Assembly (NCBI GenBank): GCA_905215695.1
Contig: CAJMQN010000003.1
Location: forward strand, 171,436 to 235,435
Length of the DNA stretch: 64,000 nt
Reading direction: 5' to 3'
Source of the DNA: an uncultured bacterium
Lineage (GTDB): Bacteria; Bacillota; Clostridia; Christensenellales; HGM11417
The notes under the pieces: generated by a model
The model's database searches: none
Seen by the model: the letters and a program-made list of their open reading frames with translations, nothing else
Told to the model about the DNA's origin: nothing
Part shown: positions 17,413 to 26,967 of the stretch, piece after piece
How the letters are laid out: the number at the start of each line of letters is the position of its first letter
How positions within the stretch are numbered: position 1 is the stretch's first letter
Translations under genes and position numbers: made by a program

Positions 17413-19153
17413 CCTGATTGCCTCCCTTCTGTTGGGATTCATAGACCTCGCGGTAGATTTCGCTCGATTTCAGCAGTTCTTCGTGGCTGCCCGCCGCGAC
17501 AATCCTTCCGCCGTCGAGAATGATAATCTTGTCCGCGTCCTGCACGGAGGAGACCCTCTGCGCAATGATAATCTTGGTCACGTCGGGGATATCCTCTTTG
17601 AACGCGCGCCGAATCGAGGCGTCCGTCCGGGTGTCAACCGCGCTCGTGGAGTCGTCGAGAATGAGCACCTTGGGATTTTTCAGAAGCGCCCGCGCGATAC
17701 ACAGCCGCTGTTTCTGCCCGCCGGAAACGTTCGTGCCCCCCTGTTCGATGTAGGTGTCGTAGCCGTCGGGGAAGGTCTTGATAAATTCGTCCGCCTTCGC
17801 GAGCCTGCATACGCGGTCGAGATCCTCGTCGGTGGCGTTGGGGTCGCCCCACTTGAGATTGTCCCGAATCGTCCCCGAGAAGAGCACGTTTTTCTGCAAA
17901 ACCATGGCGACGTTCTCGCGCAGAACTTCGAGGTCGTAATCCTTCACGTCCACGCCGCCGAGCTTGACGCTTCCCACTGTCGCGTCGTAGAGGCGGGGGA
18001 TCAGCTGAACGAGCGAAGTCTTGGAACTTCCCGTTCCGCCGAGAATCCCGACCGTCTCGCCGGAACGGATTTTTAAATCGACGTCGGAGAGACTACAGTT
18101 GTTCGGGTCTTTGACATAGGAAAAGCTGACGCCGTCGAATTCGACAGAGCCGTCCGAAACCTCTTTGACCGCGTTTTCGGGGCTTTTGAGGTCGGACTTT
18201 TCGTCGAGCAGCTCGGTAATTCTCTGTGCGGACTCCCGCGAAATGATGATCATGACGAGAATCATGGAGAGCATCATGAGGCTCATGAGAATCTGCATCG
18301 CATAGGCGAGCATGGTCGTAATATCGCCCTCGGTCATGCTCCCGCCGACGATAAATTTTGCGCCCAGCCAGGAGAGGAGCAGAATACAGAGATAGACCGC
18401 GAACTGCATGACGGGCGCGTTGAACGCGACAATCTTCTGCGCCTTGGAGAAATCCTTATAGATGGATTCGGAAATTTTGTTGAACTTCTTGATTTCGTGA
18501 TCCTCGCGCACGTAGTTCTTGACGTCGCGGATTCCGTTGAGATTCTCCTGCACGACGTTGTTGAGGTCGTCGTAGGTATGGAAGACGCGCTTGAAATAGG
18601 GGTGCGCCTTGACGGAGATAACCGCGAGCGCGATTCCGAGAATGGGCACGATCGCGAGAAAGACGAAGGCGATGGTGGTCTGTACGGTAAACGCCATGAC
18701 GAGGGAAAAGATGAGCATGAGGGGAGCGCGCACGGCGACGCGAATCAGGAGCTGAAAGGCGTTCTGCACGTTGGTGACGTCGGTGGTGAGGCGGGTCACG
18801 ATACTCGACGTCGAGAACTTGTCGATATTGGAGAAGGAGAAGTTCTGCACATTAAAGAACATATTTTTGCGCAGGTTCGCCGCAAATCCCGCCGACGCCT
18901 TGGCGGCGTACTTGCCCGAGAGATAGCCGAACAAAAGGGAAAGCGCGGACGCGACGATGAGCAGCGCGCCCGTGATGAGGATAACGCGGACGTTGCCCGC
19001 GCCGCCGTTCCCTTTGATACCGTTGTCAATGATGTATGCCATGAGAAGGGGAATGAGGACGTCGATGACGACCTCGAGCGTCACGAAGAGGGGCGCGGCA
19101 ACGGTTGCCCCCTTGTATTGACCGACGCTCTTTGCGAGTTTTTTGATTATAAT
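17399..19153 (-). CDS. ABC exporter, fused permease/ATPase, subunit A (start codon uncertain, apparently non-canonical)
   Basis: Homology-like N-terminus begins at IIIIKKLAKSVGQYK. AGAGGAGAA RBS is followed by ATC ATT ATA ATC. Walker A GGTGSSKTS, signature VSGGQKQR, Walker B ILDDSTS. Confidence 0.85.
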   Translation of the reverse strand: MIIKKLAKSVGQYKGATVAAPLFVTLEVVIDVLIPLLMAYIIDNGIKGNGGAGNVRVILITGALLIVASALSLLFGYLSGKYAAKASAGFAANLRKNMFFNVQNFSFSNIDKFSTSSIVTRLTTDVTNVQNAFQLLIRVAVRAPLMLIFSLVMAFTVQTTIAFVFLAIVPILGIALAVISVKAHPYFKRVFHTYDDLNNVVQENLNGIRDVKNYVREDHEIKKFNKISESIYKDFSKAQKIVAFNAPVMQFAVYLCILLLSWLGAKFIVGGSMTEGDITTMLAYAMQILMSLMMLSMILVMIIISRESAQRITELLDEKSDLKSPENAVKEVSDGSVEFDGVSFSYVKDPNNCSLSDVDLKIRSGETVGILGGTGSSKTSLVQLIPRLYDATVGSVKLGGVDVKDYDLEVLRENVAMVLQKNVLFSGTIRDNLKWGDPNATDEDLDRVCRLAKADEFIKTFPDGYDTYIEQGGTNVSGGQKQRLCIARALLKNPKVLILDDSTSAVDTRTDASIRRAFKEDIPDVTKIIIAQRVSSVQDADKIIILDGGRIVAAGSHEELLKSSEIYREVYESQQKGGNQDEKE

Positions 19154-19253
19154 GATGTGTTCTCCTCTGCGGGTAAATCTTTCGTTTCTAAATACTTTAA
19201 GACAAAAATTTTTTATTGTCAACCGATTTTTTGCCCATAGAGGAGAACTTTTT

Positions 19254-19517
19254 TTAAGCCCCGAACTCCGTAAAAGCCTGTTGAATCTCCATGCCGATTT
19301 TGACGCCGAGGAAGAGAAGTCGAACCCGCTCGTCAAACTCCCGTTCCTCGATTCCGTCGGTGAGATTCAGGCGCATTTCGGAGAGAAGCCGCCTTGAAGG
19401 TTCGTCCAGCTTTTCCGTCAGCCGTTTTTCGATTTCCTCGGCGCGCCGCAGATAGTCGGCGCCGCTTTCGCTGTCCTTTTTGCGCAAAAAGATATACTTG
19501 TAGAGTATTGAATCCAT
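19254..19517 (-). CDS. Small helical hypothetical protein (87 aa)
   Basis: GGAGG RBS then ATG 19517 (MDSILYKY...). Charged helical sequence. No family recognised. Confidence 0.5.
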   Translation of the reverse strand: MDSILYKYIFLRKKDSESGADYLRRAEEIEKRLTEKLDEPSRRLLSEMRLNLTDGIEEREFDERVRLLFLGVKIGMEIQQAFTEFGA

Positions 19518-19608
19518 AATACTTTCCTCCTGTGTAAATTGTTGGCAGAGGTCATTATAGCATATCAAATTGCGTTTGTCCCGGGGCACTACGAAAACGT
19601 TGTGTGAC

Positions 19609-19645
19609 TAAAAAGAGAGGGGAGCGTTTGCTCTCCTCTCTTTTC
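19609..19645. terminator. Intrinsic terminator after dapB
   Basis: AGAGAGGGGAGC-gttt-GCTCTCCTCTCT with flanking A- and T-tracts. Confidence 0.75.
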
Positions 19646-19655
19646 TTATTCTCTC

Positions 19656-20420
19656 CTATCGGAAATTTTCTTCGATATAGTCGTCCATATTATATTTTCC
19701 CGCGGGCTTGCCCTTTAAAAATCCGGCTGCGCGGAGCGCGCCCTGCGCAAAGACGGCTTTGGACTGCGCGCGGTGGGAGAGGGTAATCTCCTCATCGTGC
19801 CCGAGAAACAGGACGTCGTGCTCGCCCACGACCGTACCGCCCCGCACGGCGTGAATCCCGATTTCGCGGGGGGTGCGTTTTGCGTCCCTGCCCTGCCGCC
19901 CGAAGACGAAATCCTTTTCGTCGTGTCCGGACACGGCGGCGGCGAGCATGAGCGCGGTGCCGCTCGGCGCGTCCACCTTTTGGTTGTGGTGCTTTTCCAC
20001 GATTTCGACTTCAAAACTTTCCCCGAGGAATTCGGACGCCTTCTTTACAAGGCTTTCGAGGAGCGCGATGCCGAGGGAGAGATTGAAAGTCTGAAAGAGG
20101 GCAATCTTCTTCGCCGCGTTCGCAATCTCCTCTTTCTGTTCGGGCGTGTATCCCGTCGTCGCAAGCACCGCGCCGCAGTGGAACTTTCTGCAATACGCGA
20201 GAATGCCCCCGAGCGCGTCGGGTCGGGAAAAATCCACAACCGCGTCCGCGCGGACGTCGCATTCCTCCGCCGAGCGGAAGAGCGGGAAAGAAAATCCTTC
20301 GGGAGCGGCAAACTTGTCCACCCCCGCGACCACGCGGAAGTGTTCCGCGTCCGCCGCCGCAAGCTCCGCGACCACGCGCCCCATCTTGCCGCCCGCACCG
20401 CAAATCAAAATATCCGTCAT
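19656..20420 (-). CDS. dapB: 4-hydroxy-tetrahydrodipicolinate reductase
   Basis: Start at MTDILICGAGGKMGRVV (ATG 20420, ATGA overlap with dapA). EIVEKHHNQKVDAPSGTA motif. Confidence 0.95.
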   Translation of the reverse strand: MTDILICGAGGKMGRVVAELAAADAEHFRVVAGVDKFAAPEGFSFPLFRSAEECDVRADAVVDFSRPDALGGILAYCRKFHCGAVLATTGYTPEQKEEIANAAKKIALFQTFNLSLGIALLESLVKKASEFLGESFEVEIVEKHHNQKVDAPSGTALMLAAAVSGHDEKDFVFGRQGRDAKRTPREIGIHAVRGGTVVGEHDVLFLGHDEEITLSHRAQSKAVFAQGALRAAGFLKGKPAGKYNMDDYIEENFR

Positions 20421-21289
20421 ATCCCGAACTCCTTCATTGCCTTTTTGAGAATTTCGACGTTCTGCGGCTCCATGGGGGAGAGCGGCATGCGGAGGGTCGG
20501 TCCGCACATGCCCATGAGGTGCGCCGCCGTCTTGACGGGAATGGGGTTGACCTCGACAAACATGGCTTTCGCAAGCTCGTCGAGCCGGAAACTCATCTCG
20601 CGCGCCCGTTCAAACTCTCCGCCGAAGTACGCGTCGCAGAGTTCGCGCATGAATTTCGGAATCACATTGGCGGTGACTGAAATGATACCCTTCGCGCCGA
20701 GCGCGAGGCAGACGTAGCCGAGCGCGTCGTCCCCGCAGTAGAGGGGGGCGCGGTCTGTGGCGCACTTTGCCATCTGAATAATCTGCGAAATATTTCCGCT
20801 CGCCTCCTTGATGCCGCCCAGATTGGAGTGCTCCGCCATCTTGGCAAAAGCCGCAGGGGAGATATTGACTCCAGTGCGCCCGGGCACGTTGTAGGCGATG
20901 ACGGGAATCCCCACGCTGTCGCAGATTGCGTTGTAGTGCGCGACGAGCCCGTTCTGCGTACACTTGTTGTAATAGGGAGTGACGACGAGGAGCGCCTCCG
21001 CGCCAAGGGATTCCGCGAACCTGCTTTCCTCGACGACGGCGGCGGTGTTGTTGCCTCCCGTTCCCATGAGAACGGGAACCCGCCCCGCGATTTTCGAGAG
21101 CGCGAACCGCATGACCTCGTGTTTTTCCTCTTTCGTCATGGTGGACGGCTCTCCCGTCGTTCCCGCGATGAGAATGGCGTTTGTGCCGTTTGCGATCTGG
21201 AATTCGATGAGCCGACCGAGCGCCTCAAAGTCCACGCCCGTTTCGGTAAAGGGCGTAATCAGCGCGACGCAGCTTCCCTGAAATACCAT
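20417..21289 (-). CDS. dapA: 4-hydroxy-tetrahydrodipicolinate synthase
   Basis: GSCVALITPF...GTTGEPSTMT...YNVPGRTG...IGGIKEASG are classic DapA strings. Confidence 0.95.
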   Translation of the reverse strand: MVFQGSCVALITPFTETGVDFEALGRLIEFQIANGTNAILIAGTTGEPSTMTKEEKHEVMRFALSKIAGRVPVLMGTGGNNTAAVVEESRFAESLGAEALLVVTPYYNKCTQNGLVAHYNAICDSVGIPVIAYNVPGRTGVNISPAAFAKMAEHSNLGGIKEASGNISQIIQMAKCATDRAPLYCGDDALGYVCLALGAKGIISVTANVIPKFMRELCDAYFGGEFERAREMSFRLDELAKAMFVEVNPIPVKTAAHLMGMCGPTLRMPLSPMEPQNVEILKKAMKEFGI

Positions 21290-21326
21290 ATCTGTCCCTC
21301 CGTATTTAGGTTATGTGAAATTCGTA

Positions 21327-22325
21327 TTACTTGTTCCAATCGGCAATGATGCGCTCTGCAATCTGCACGGCGTTTGTCGCCGCGCCCTTTCTGATGTTGT
21401 CGGCGACCACCCAAAGGTTGCACCCCGAGGGAACGGTGTCGTCGATGCGCACCCGCCCGACAAACACGCCGTCCTTGTCCTCGCAGAGTTTCGCCATGGG
21501 ATAGACGTTGTTTTTGACGTCGTCCTGCAAAATGATTCCTTCCGCGCCCGCGAGCGTCTCCTTGATTCCCTCGAGGGTGCAGGGCTTTTCAAATTCGAGG
21601 TTGATGGATTCGCTGTGTCCGTGGAATACGGGAACGCGCACGCAGGTCGCCGTGACCTTGATTTCGGGGTCGAGAATCTTGTGCGTCTCGAAAATCATCT
21701 TGTCCTCTTCCTTGGTGTAGCCGTTGTCCAAAAAGACGTCGATGTGCGGAATGCAGTTCCCGAAGATGGGGTAGGGGAATTTCTTGGGCGCCTCGCCCTT
21801 TACGCCGTCCTCGAGATCCTTGTAGCCCTGAACGCCCGCGCCGGATACCGCCTGATAGGTGGAATAGACGACGCGTTTGATTTTATATCTGTCATGCAGG
21901 GGCTTCAAGGCGACCATCGCCTGAATGGTGGAGCAGTTGGGGTTTGCGATGATGCCCTTGTTCCAAGCGATGTCCGCGGCGTTGACCTCGGGCACGACGA
22001 GCGGAACTTCGGGGTCTCTGCGCCATTGGCTCGAGTTATCGACGACGATTGCGCCCTGCGCCGCGAAAATGGGAGCAAACTCCTTGCTCGCGCCCGCGCC
22101 CGCCGAAAAGAGCGCGATGTCGATTTTTTTGCCCTCGATATTTTCGCGCTTGGTCTCGATGATTTCATACTCTTTTCCCATGAAGGAAACTTTGCTTCCC
22201 GCGCTCTTCGCGGACGCGAAGAGATAATAGTTTTCGACGGGGAGCTTGCGCTCTTCGAGAACTTGCAGGAATTTCCTTCCGACCATTCCGGTTGCGCCGA
22301 CGACGGCAACGTTGATTTTTTTCAT
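21327..22325 (-). CDS. asd: Aspartate-semialdehyde dehydrogenase
   Basis: MKKINVAVVGATGMVGRKF...IANPNCSTIQ (active-site Cys)...DNIRKGAATNAVQIAE. Confidence 0.95.
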   Translation of the reverse strand: MKKINVAVVGATGMVGRKFLQVLEERKLPVENYYLFASAKSAGSKVSFMGKEYEIIETKRENIEGKKIDIALFSAGAGASKEFAPIFAAQGAIVVDNSSQWRRDPEVPLVVPEVNAADIAWNKGIIANPNCSTIQAMVALKPLHDRYKIKRVVYSTYQAVSGAGVQGYKDLEDGVKGEAPKKFPYPIFGNCIPHIDVFLDNGYTKEEDKMIFETHKILDPEIKVTATCVRVPVFHGHSESINLEFEKPCTLEGIKETLAGAEGIILQDDVKNNVYPMAKLCEDKDGVFVGRVRIDDTVPSGCNLWVVADNIRKGAATNAVQIAERIIADWNK

Positions 22326-22341
22326 ACAAACCTCTCCTTTT

Positions 22342-22378
22342 AAAAAGAGGGCGCTTCTCCGTAGAAAAGCGCCCTTTT
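22342..22378 (-). terminator. Riboswitch expression-platform terminator upstream of asd
   Basis: Minus strand: GGGCGCUUUUC-uacg-GAGAAGCGCCC followed by UCUUUUUA, then AAAGGAGAGG RBS and the asd ATG. Confidence 0.75.
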
Positions 22379-22399
22379 ATGTCTTGTCAAACGTTCGGG

Positions 22400-22552
22400 T
22401 GCCTTCAGTGCTCCATCCCGCCCGACAGGGAGAGATGACAGTCATGAAGGTGTTGTCCCTCATGCCCAACGGAAAAACCTGTTTCGGCGGCGATTCCGTT
22501 TCGGCGGATATACCCTTTCCGCGTCCCGCGCCCCGAATGGCGCCTCTTTGGT
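22400..22552 (-). promoter_or_regulatory. Lysine riboswitch (L-box) controlling asd-dapA-dapB
   Basis: Minus strand contains AAAGAGGCGCC, CCGCCGAAAC (x2), GACUGUCAUC and GGAUGGAGCAC in the order of L-box conserved elements. Genomic context is lysine biosynthesis. Confidence 0.75.
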
Positions 22553-22591
22553 TCGCGTACTCATGTTATCCGCTCCTCTTACAGCGCTTTC

Positions 22592-22620
22592 ATCATATCA
22601 CATTGAAAACCTGTTGTCAA
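22592..22620 (-). promoter_or_regulatory. Promoter of the L-box/asd operon
   Basis: Minus strand: TTGACA (22620-22615), 17-nt spacer, TATGAT (22597-22592). Confidence 0.65.
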
Positions 22621-22811
22621 AAGAATTTGCGGAAAAAATCCGATTTGCGGAAAAAATGCTTTGTCGTTTTTCGTGTAATATGATATAATAGACGCATGGT
22701 TTTCGTTGCGCGAAAAGAAAAACTCCGTTTTTCCGTCCTGTCGGACGCATGCGTCTCTTGAAACCGGTCGCAAAAATGCCCTTGCCAGCAAGCATTTTTG
22801 CAGGAGTTATA

Positions 22812-23909
22812 ATGTACAAAGTCATGGAAACAATGCTTGCATATATCACGCGTGTGCGCAGAAAACTGCACCGCTGTCCCGAGCCCGCGTTCTGCGAGTT
22901 CGAGACGCAGAAGGCGGTGGAATCGGAGCTTGCCGCGCTGAACATTCCCTTTCGGGAAATCGGGACGGGAATCGTCGCCGACCTCGATTTGGGCAAGGAG
23001 AAGAGGATCGCCTTCCGCGCGGACATGGACGCCCTGCCCGTGACCGAACGGACGGGAGCGGAGTACGCCTCCGAGCGCCCCGGCTTCATGCACGCCTGCG
23101 GACACGACGGGCACATGGCGCTTCTTTTGGGCTTTGCGAAGTCCTGCGCGGAGAACCCTTCGGGCATCGGGTGCAATCTCCGCTTTGTTTTCCAACCCGC
23201 CGAAGAGGGCGAAGGGGGAGCGCGGAACATGATTGCGGGCGGTGCGCTCGAGGGCGTGGACGAAATCTACGCGGTGCATCTCGACCCCTCGCTCGACCCG
23301 GGAAAGCTCGGTCTCTGCTACGGCGCGAGCATGGCGGGGGACTTTGAATTTGACGTAAACTTTGCGGGCGAATCCGCGCATTGCGCGGAGAAGTCCAAGG
23401 GAAAGGACGCGCTCGCCGCGGCGTGCGAATTTGCCGCTTCCCTTTCCGAACTGGTGGGCAAGGGGGATTCTCTCCTGCACGCGGGCAAACTGACGGCGGG
23501 CGTCGCGCGCAACGTGGTCGCGGAGAGCGCGAAACTCGAGTGCACGATGCGCTTTTTCGAGGAGAAGGAGCGCGACCGTCTCCTGCGGCTCATGAAATTT
23601 CAGCTCGGGTATCTGTCGGACAGATACGGCGTAAAGGGCGAAATCGAGAAGGTCACCGAGTATATCCCCTTAAAGAACGCCCGTACCTGTGTGGACAAGC
23701 TCAAGGCGGCGTCCGATTGGGTGCCGCAGAAGAGGAAATATCTCGGCGAGGACTTCGCGTTTTACCTTGCGGAATGCAAGGGGGCGCACGGCTGGCTGGG
23801 CGTAAAGAAATCGCCCGAGACCAAACTGCACGCGGCGGACTTCGACTTTGAGGAACAAAGCCTGCTTGCGGGACTTGAAATCTATCGAAAACTTGTGGAG
23901 AACGATTGA
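22812..23909 (+). CDS. M20-family amidohydrolase (possibly N-acetyldiaminopimelate deacetylase)
   Basis: AGGAG then ATG 22812. HRCPEPAFCEFET, FRADMDALP, MHACGHDGH are M20D strings. The DAP-pathway role is inferred only from divergent placement next to asd-dapAB. Confidence 0.8.
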   Translation: MYKVMETMLAYITRVRRKLHRCPEPAFCEFETQKAVESELAALNIPFREIGTGIVADLDLGKEKRIAFRADMDALPVTERTGAEYASERPGFMHACGHDGHMALLLGFAKSCAENPSGIGCNLRFVFQPAEEGEGGARNMIAGGALEGVDEIYAVHLDPSLDPGKLGLCYGASMAGDFEFDVNFAGESAHCAEKSKGKDALAAACEFAASLSELVGKGDSLLHAGKLTAGVARNVVAESAKLECTMRFFEEKERDRLLRLMKFQLGYLSDRYGVKGEIEKVTEYIPLKNARTCVDKLKAASDWVPQKRKYLGEDFAFYLAECKGAHGWLGVKKSPETKLHAADFDFEEQSLLAGLEIYRKLVEND

Positions 23910-25276
23910 ATATGGCGCAGAAAAAGAAGGGCGGATTTTTTCAGAGAATCATCATGGGCAGCGAGAAAGCGGAGGGCTACGCGCGCTCCACGCTGCCCTC
24001 GAACCGTTGGGAACTCGGCTGGGACATCTTCAAAGGGCGTTTTTGGAAACTCGTCCTCGTAAATTTAATGCTCCTCGTGGGCGCGCTCGGAATTATCTTC
24101 TGCGTGGTCATGATGTACATGGGCAACGTGGTCATCGGCTCGAGTCTTCCCTTCGGACAAAACCTCGGCATGGGGTATCCGTATGTAGAAGGGCTCGAAG
24201 CGCAGGCGGTTCTGTACCAAATCGGCTTGACGAACACCTATTTCCTGCTGCTGATTCCCGCGTGCCTGCTGTTCGGCGTGGTGTGCTCGGGCGTGTTCTA
24301 CATCATGCGGAACTTGGTGTGGACGGAAGGCGTGTTCATCGCCAACGATTTTTGGCGGGGCTTAAAGCAGAACATCGTGCAGATTCTGTTCGTCATGCTC
24401 GGCTATTCGGTCTTTCTGCTGATTTCCAAATTCTCGTTAAACCAAATTGCGTGGCTTGAATTCAACGGGCAGGGAAACTTTTTCTTCTCCTTCTCGCGGG
24501 TGGGAATTTGGATCGTCATGGGGCTTCTGACCATCATGGCGCTGTACTCGATGACGATTTCGGTGACCTACAAACTGTCCTTTTGGCAGCTTGTCAAGAA
24601 CAGTTTTCTTTTGACCATCGGACTTCTCCCGCAGAACCTGTTTTTCATTCTGCTGATGATCGCGCCCGCAATCCTCGGTATGCTGCTGTCCTTCCTGTCG
24701 CCCTTTGTCATCATGATCTATCTGCTGTTCGGACTGTCTGCGGCGGTGCTGATTTGGACAAACTATTCGCATTGGGTGTTCGATAAATTCATCAACGACC
24801 GCGTCGAGGGCGCGGAGAAGAACCGCGGCATCTACACGAAAGTGGACGTCAAGGGGCAGCCCGTGACCAAGAAGAAGAAAAAAGCGGGCGGCTTTGCGAA
24901 CCCGAAGAAGAAAAAGAAGTCGGAGCCTGTCCCCGAGCCGGAGATTACGGAGCTTTCGACGAGCTTCTCCCGTGCGGACCTTGAGCGGCTCGAGCGCGAG
25001 AAACAGGCGTACGCGGAGGCAATCCGCACGAACGCCGAAGCGGAAGAGTCCGAGGATGACGAGGACGAGGAGGAAGAGATGACGGACGAGAACGGAGAGT
25101 TTGACGCAGAGGAGACCATCGACGAGGCGATGGAGGAATTTGAAGAGGAGAGCGACGGGAGCGAGGGCTACGAGGACGCGCTGAAACTCGACGGCGCGGA
25201 CGCGGAGGAAGAATCCGAAGACGAACCCGAGGACGAAACCGAAAAGGTGAAGGTCGTCGGCAGGAAAAAGAAATAG
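23906..25276 (+). CDS. DUF624/YesL-like membrane protein with long charged C-terminal tail
   Basis: N-terminal F..GRFWKLVLVNLMLLVG plus about 6 TM segments. From about 24791 there is a K-rich then D/E-rich tail (KKKKKAGGFANPKKKKK...EESEDDEDEEEE). Confidence 0.7.
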   Translation: MNMAQKKKGGFFQRIIMGSEKAEGYARSTLPSNRWELGWDIFKGRFWKLVLVNLMLLVGALGIIFCVVMMYMGNVVIGSSLPFGQNLGMGYPYVEGLEAQAVLYQIGLTNTYFLLLIPACLLFGVVCSGVFYIMRNLVWTEGVFIANDFWRGLKQNIVQILFVMLGYSVFLLISKFSLNQIAWLEFNGQGNFFFSFSRVGIWIVMGLLTIMALYSMTISVTYKLSFWQLVKNSFLLTIGLLPQNLFFILLMIAPAILGMLLSFLSPFVIMIYLLFGLSAAVLIWTNYSHWVFDKFINDRVEGAEKNRGIYTKVDVKGQPVTKKKKKAGGFANPKKKKKSEPVPEPEITELSTSFSRADLERLEREKQAYAEAIRTNAEAEESEDDEDEEEEMTDENGEFDAEETIDEAMEEFEEESDGSEGYEDALKLDGADAEEESEDEPEDETEKVKVVGRKKK

Positions 25277-25280
25277 AAAA

Positions 25281-26009
25281 ATGTATTCCGCACTTGCAAA
25301 ATTTTACGAGAAACTCAACGATAACTGCGACCGGGAAACTTGGTCGCATTATCTTATTTCGCTGCTTGGCGAGCTGTGCGGCGACCCGGGGAAATTAGAG
25401 GGGGCGGACCTCGGCTGCGGAACGGGCGGGCTGACCGCTCTGCTCGCGCGGGAAACCCGAATCGCGGCGGCGTGCGACCTTTCGGCGGAAATGCTGTCCG
25501 CGGCGTCTGCGCGCGCGGGACTTTCGGGCGTGCCCCTTGTGCAGTGCGATTTTTCGCACTTCCGCGCGCCGCACAAACTGAATTTTCTGAACGCGGCGGA
25601 CGACGCCTTCAACTATCTTCCGCCCGCGGAATTAAAAAAGACCTTTGCCCGTCTGCGCGCGCAGTTGAAGGGGGACGGGGTGCTCCTTTTCGACCTGTCC
25701 TCTCCGTACAAACTGCGGGAAGTGCTCGGCGACAACCTGTTTTTCGACGACGGCGAAGAACTGTCGATGTTTTGGCAGAGCGAGCTTTGCGGAAACGCCG
25801 TGAAATTTTCGCTGACCTTTTTCGAGCGGACGGAAAGCGGTCTGTACCGTCGGACGGAAGAGGAACAAACGCAGTATATACACGAACCCGCCGAAGTCCT
25901 GCAAGCGCTTGCGGAGGCGGGATTTTCGGAAAGGTACGCGTACGACGGTTTTACCCGCGACCCGGTGCGCCCGGACAGTCTGCGGATTCAGTTTGCGGCG
26001 CGGCGCTGA
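25281..26009 (+). CDS. Class I SAM-dependent methyltransferase
   Basis: Motif I GADLGCGTGGLT and motif post-I AACDLS. Size is typical. Confidence 0.8.
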   Translation: MYSALAKFYEKLNDNCDRETWSHYLISLLGELCGDPGKLEGADLGCGTGGLTALLARETRIAAACDLSAEMLSAASARAGLSGVPLVQCDFSHFRAPHKLNFLNAADDAFNYLPPAELKKTFARLRAQLKGDGVLLFDLSSPYKLREVLGDNLFFDDGEELSMFWQSELCGNAVKFSLTFFERTESGLYRRTEEEQTQYIHEPAEVLQALAEAGFSERYAYDGFTRDPVRPDSLRIQFAARR

Positions 26010-26054
26010 CTCCAACCCGTGCCCAAGCTCTGACATTTTACGAGAGGTTCAACG

Positions 26055-26957
26055 ATGGAACAAAAACGAACGGATACGCTGACCCGTGCCCTGCTCTTTG
26101 ACGGCGCGGTATCGGTGACGGCGATCAACGCGAAGAGAATGGTAAACCGTGCAATCGCGCTGCACGGTCTGTCCCCGGTATGCGCGGCGGCGCTCGGGCG
26201 GACAATGACGGTGACGGCGGTGCTCGCCTCCGAACTGAAGGGCGAGAAGGACAAACTGACCGTTTCGATCAAGGGCGGCGGACCCATCGGAAGCGTGACG
26301 GTCTCCTGCGACAAAGCGCTCAACGTGCGCGGCTGTGTCTCCGAGCCAGCCCTCGATCTTCCCTTGAACGCGCAGGGCAAATTGGACGTAGGCGGCGCGG
26401 TGGGGCGGGACGGCGACGTGATGGTGGTCAAGGATTTGGGACTGAAAGAACCGTACGTCGGCAGATGCCGCCTCGTCTCCGGGGAAATCGGCGAAGATTT
26501 CGCGCAGTACTTTACCGAATCCGAGCAGCAGCCCTCCGCGGTGGCGCTCGGCGTTCTCGCGGACAAGCCCCGGCGCAAGGACCGCACCTGCGCGTGCGTG
26601 TCCGCGGGCGGTTTCGTGATTCGGATTCTGCCCTTCTGCCCGGAAGAAGTCATTGACAAACTCGAAAAAAAGCTCTTCGAATTTTCGCAGGTGAGCGCAA
26701 TGTTTCGGGACAAGACGGCGGAGGAATTTCTGCGCGCGTACTTCTCGGACTGCGGACTGGAAATTTTGGAGACGCTGACCCCGCGCTACCACTGCAAATG
26801 CACGAAACGCAGTGTGGAGAAACTCCTGCACACGCTGAAGTACGAGGAGCTGAAGGACATCGTGCGCGAGGACGGCAAAGTAGAGATTCACTGCCACTTC
26901 TGCAACCGTCGCTACCAATTTTTCGATGCGGACATCGACAGGATATTCAAAAAGTAA
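26055..26957 (+). CDS. hslO: Redox-regulated chaperone Hsp33
   Basis: C-terminal zinc centre YHCKCTKRS...CHFCNRRYQF. The N-terminal domain pattern is typical of HslO. Confidence 0.9.
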   Translation: MEQKRTDTLTRALLFDGAVSVTAINAKRMVNRAIALHGLSPVCAAALGRTMTVTAVLASELKGEKDKLTVSIKGGGPIGSVTVSCDKALNVRGCVSEPALDLPLNAQGKLDVGGAVGRDGDVMVVKDLGLKEPYVGRCRLVSGEIGEDFAQYFTESEQQPSAVALGVLADKPRRKDRTCACVSAGGFVIRILPFCPEEVIDKLEKKLFEFSQVSAMFRDKTAEEFLRAYFSDCGLEILETLTPRYHCKCTKRSVEKLLHTLKYEELKDIVREDGKVEIHCHFCNRRYQFFDADIDRIFKK

Positions 26958-26967
26958 GGAGAACCGC

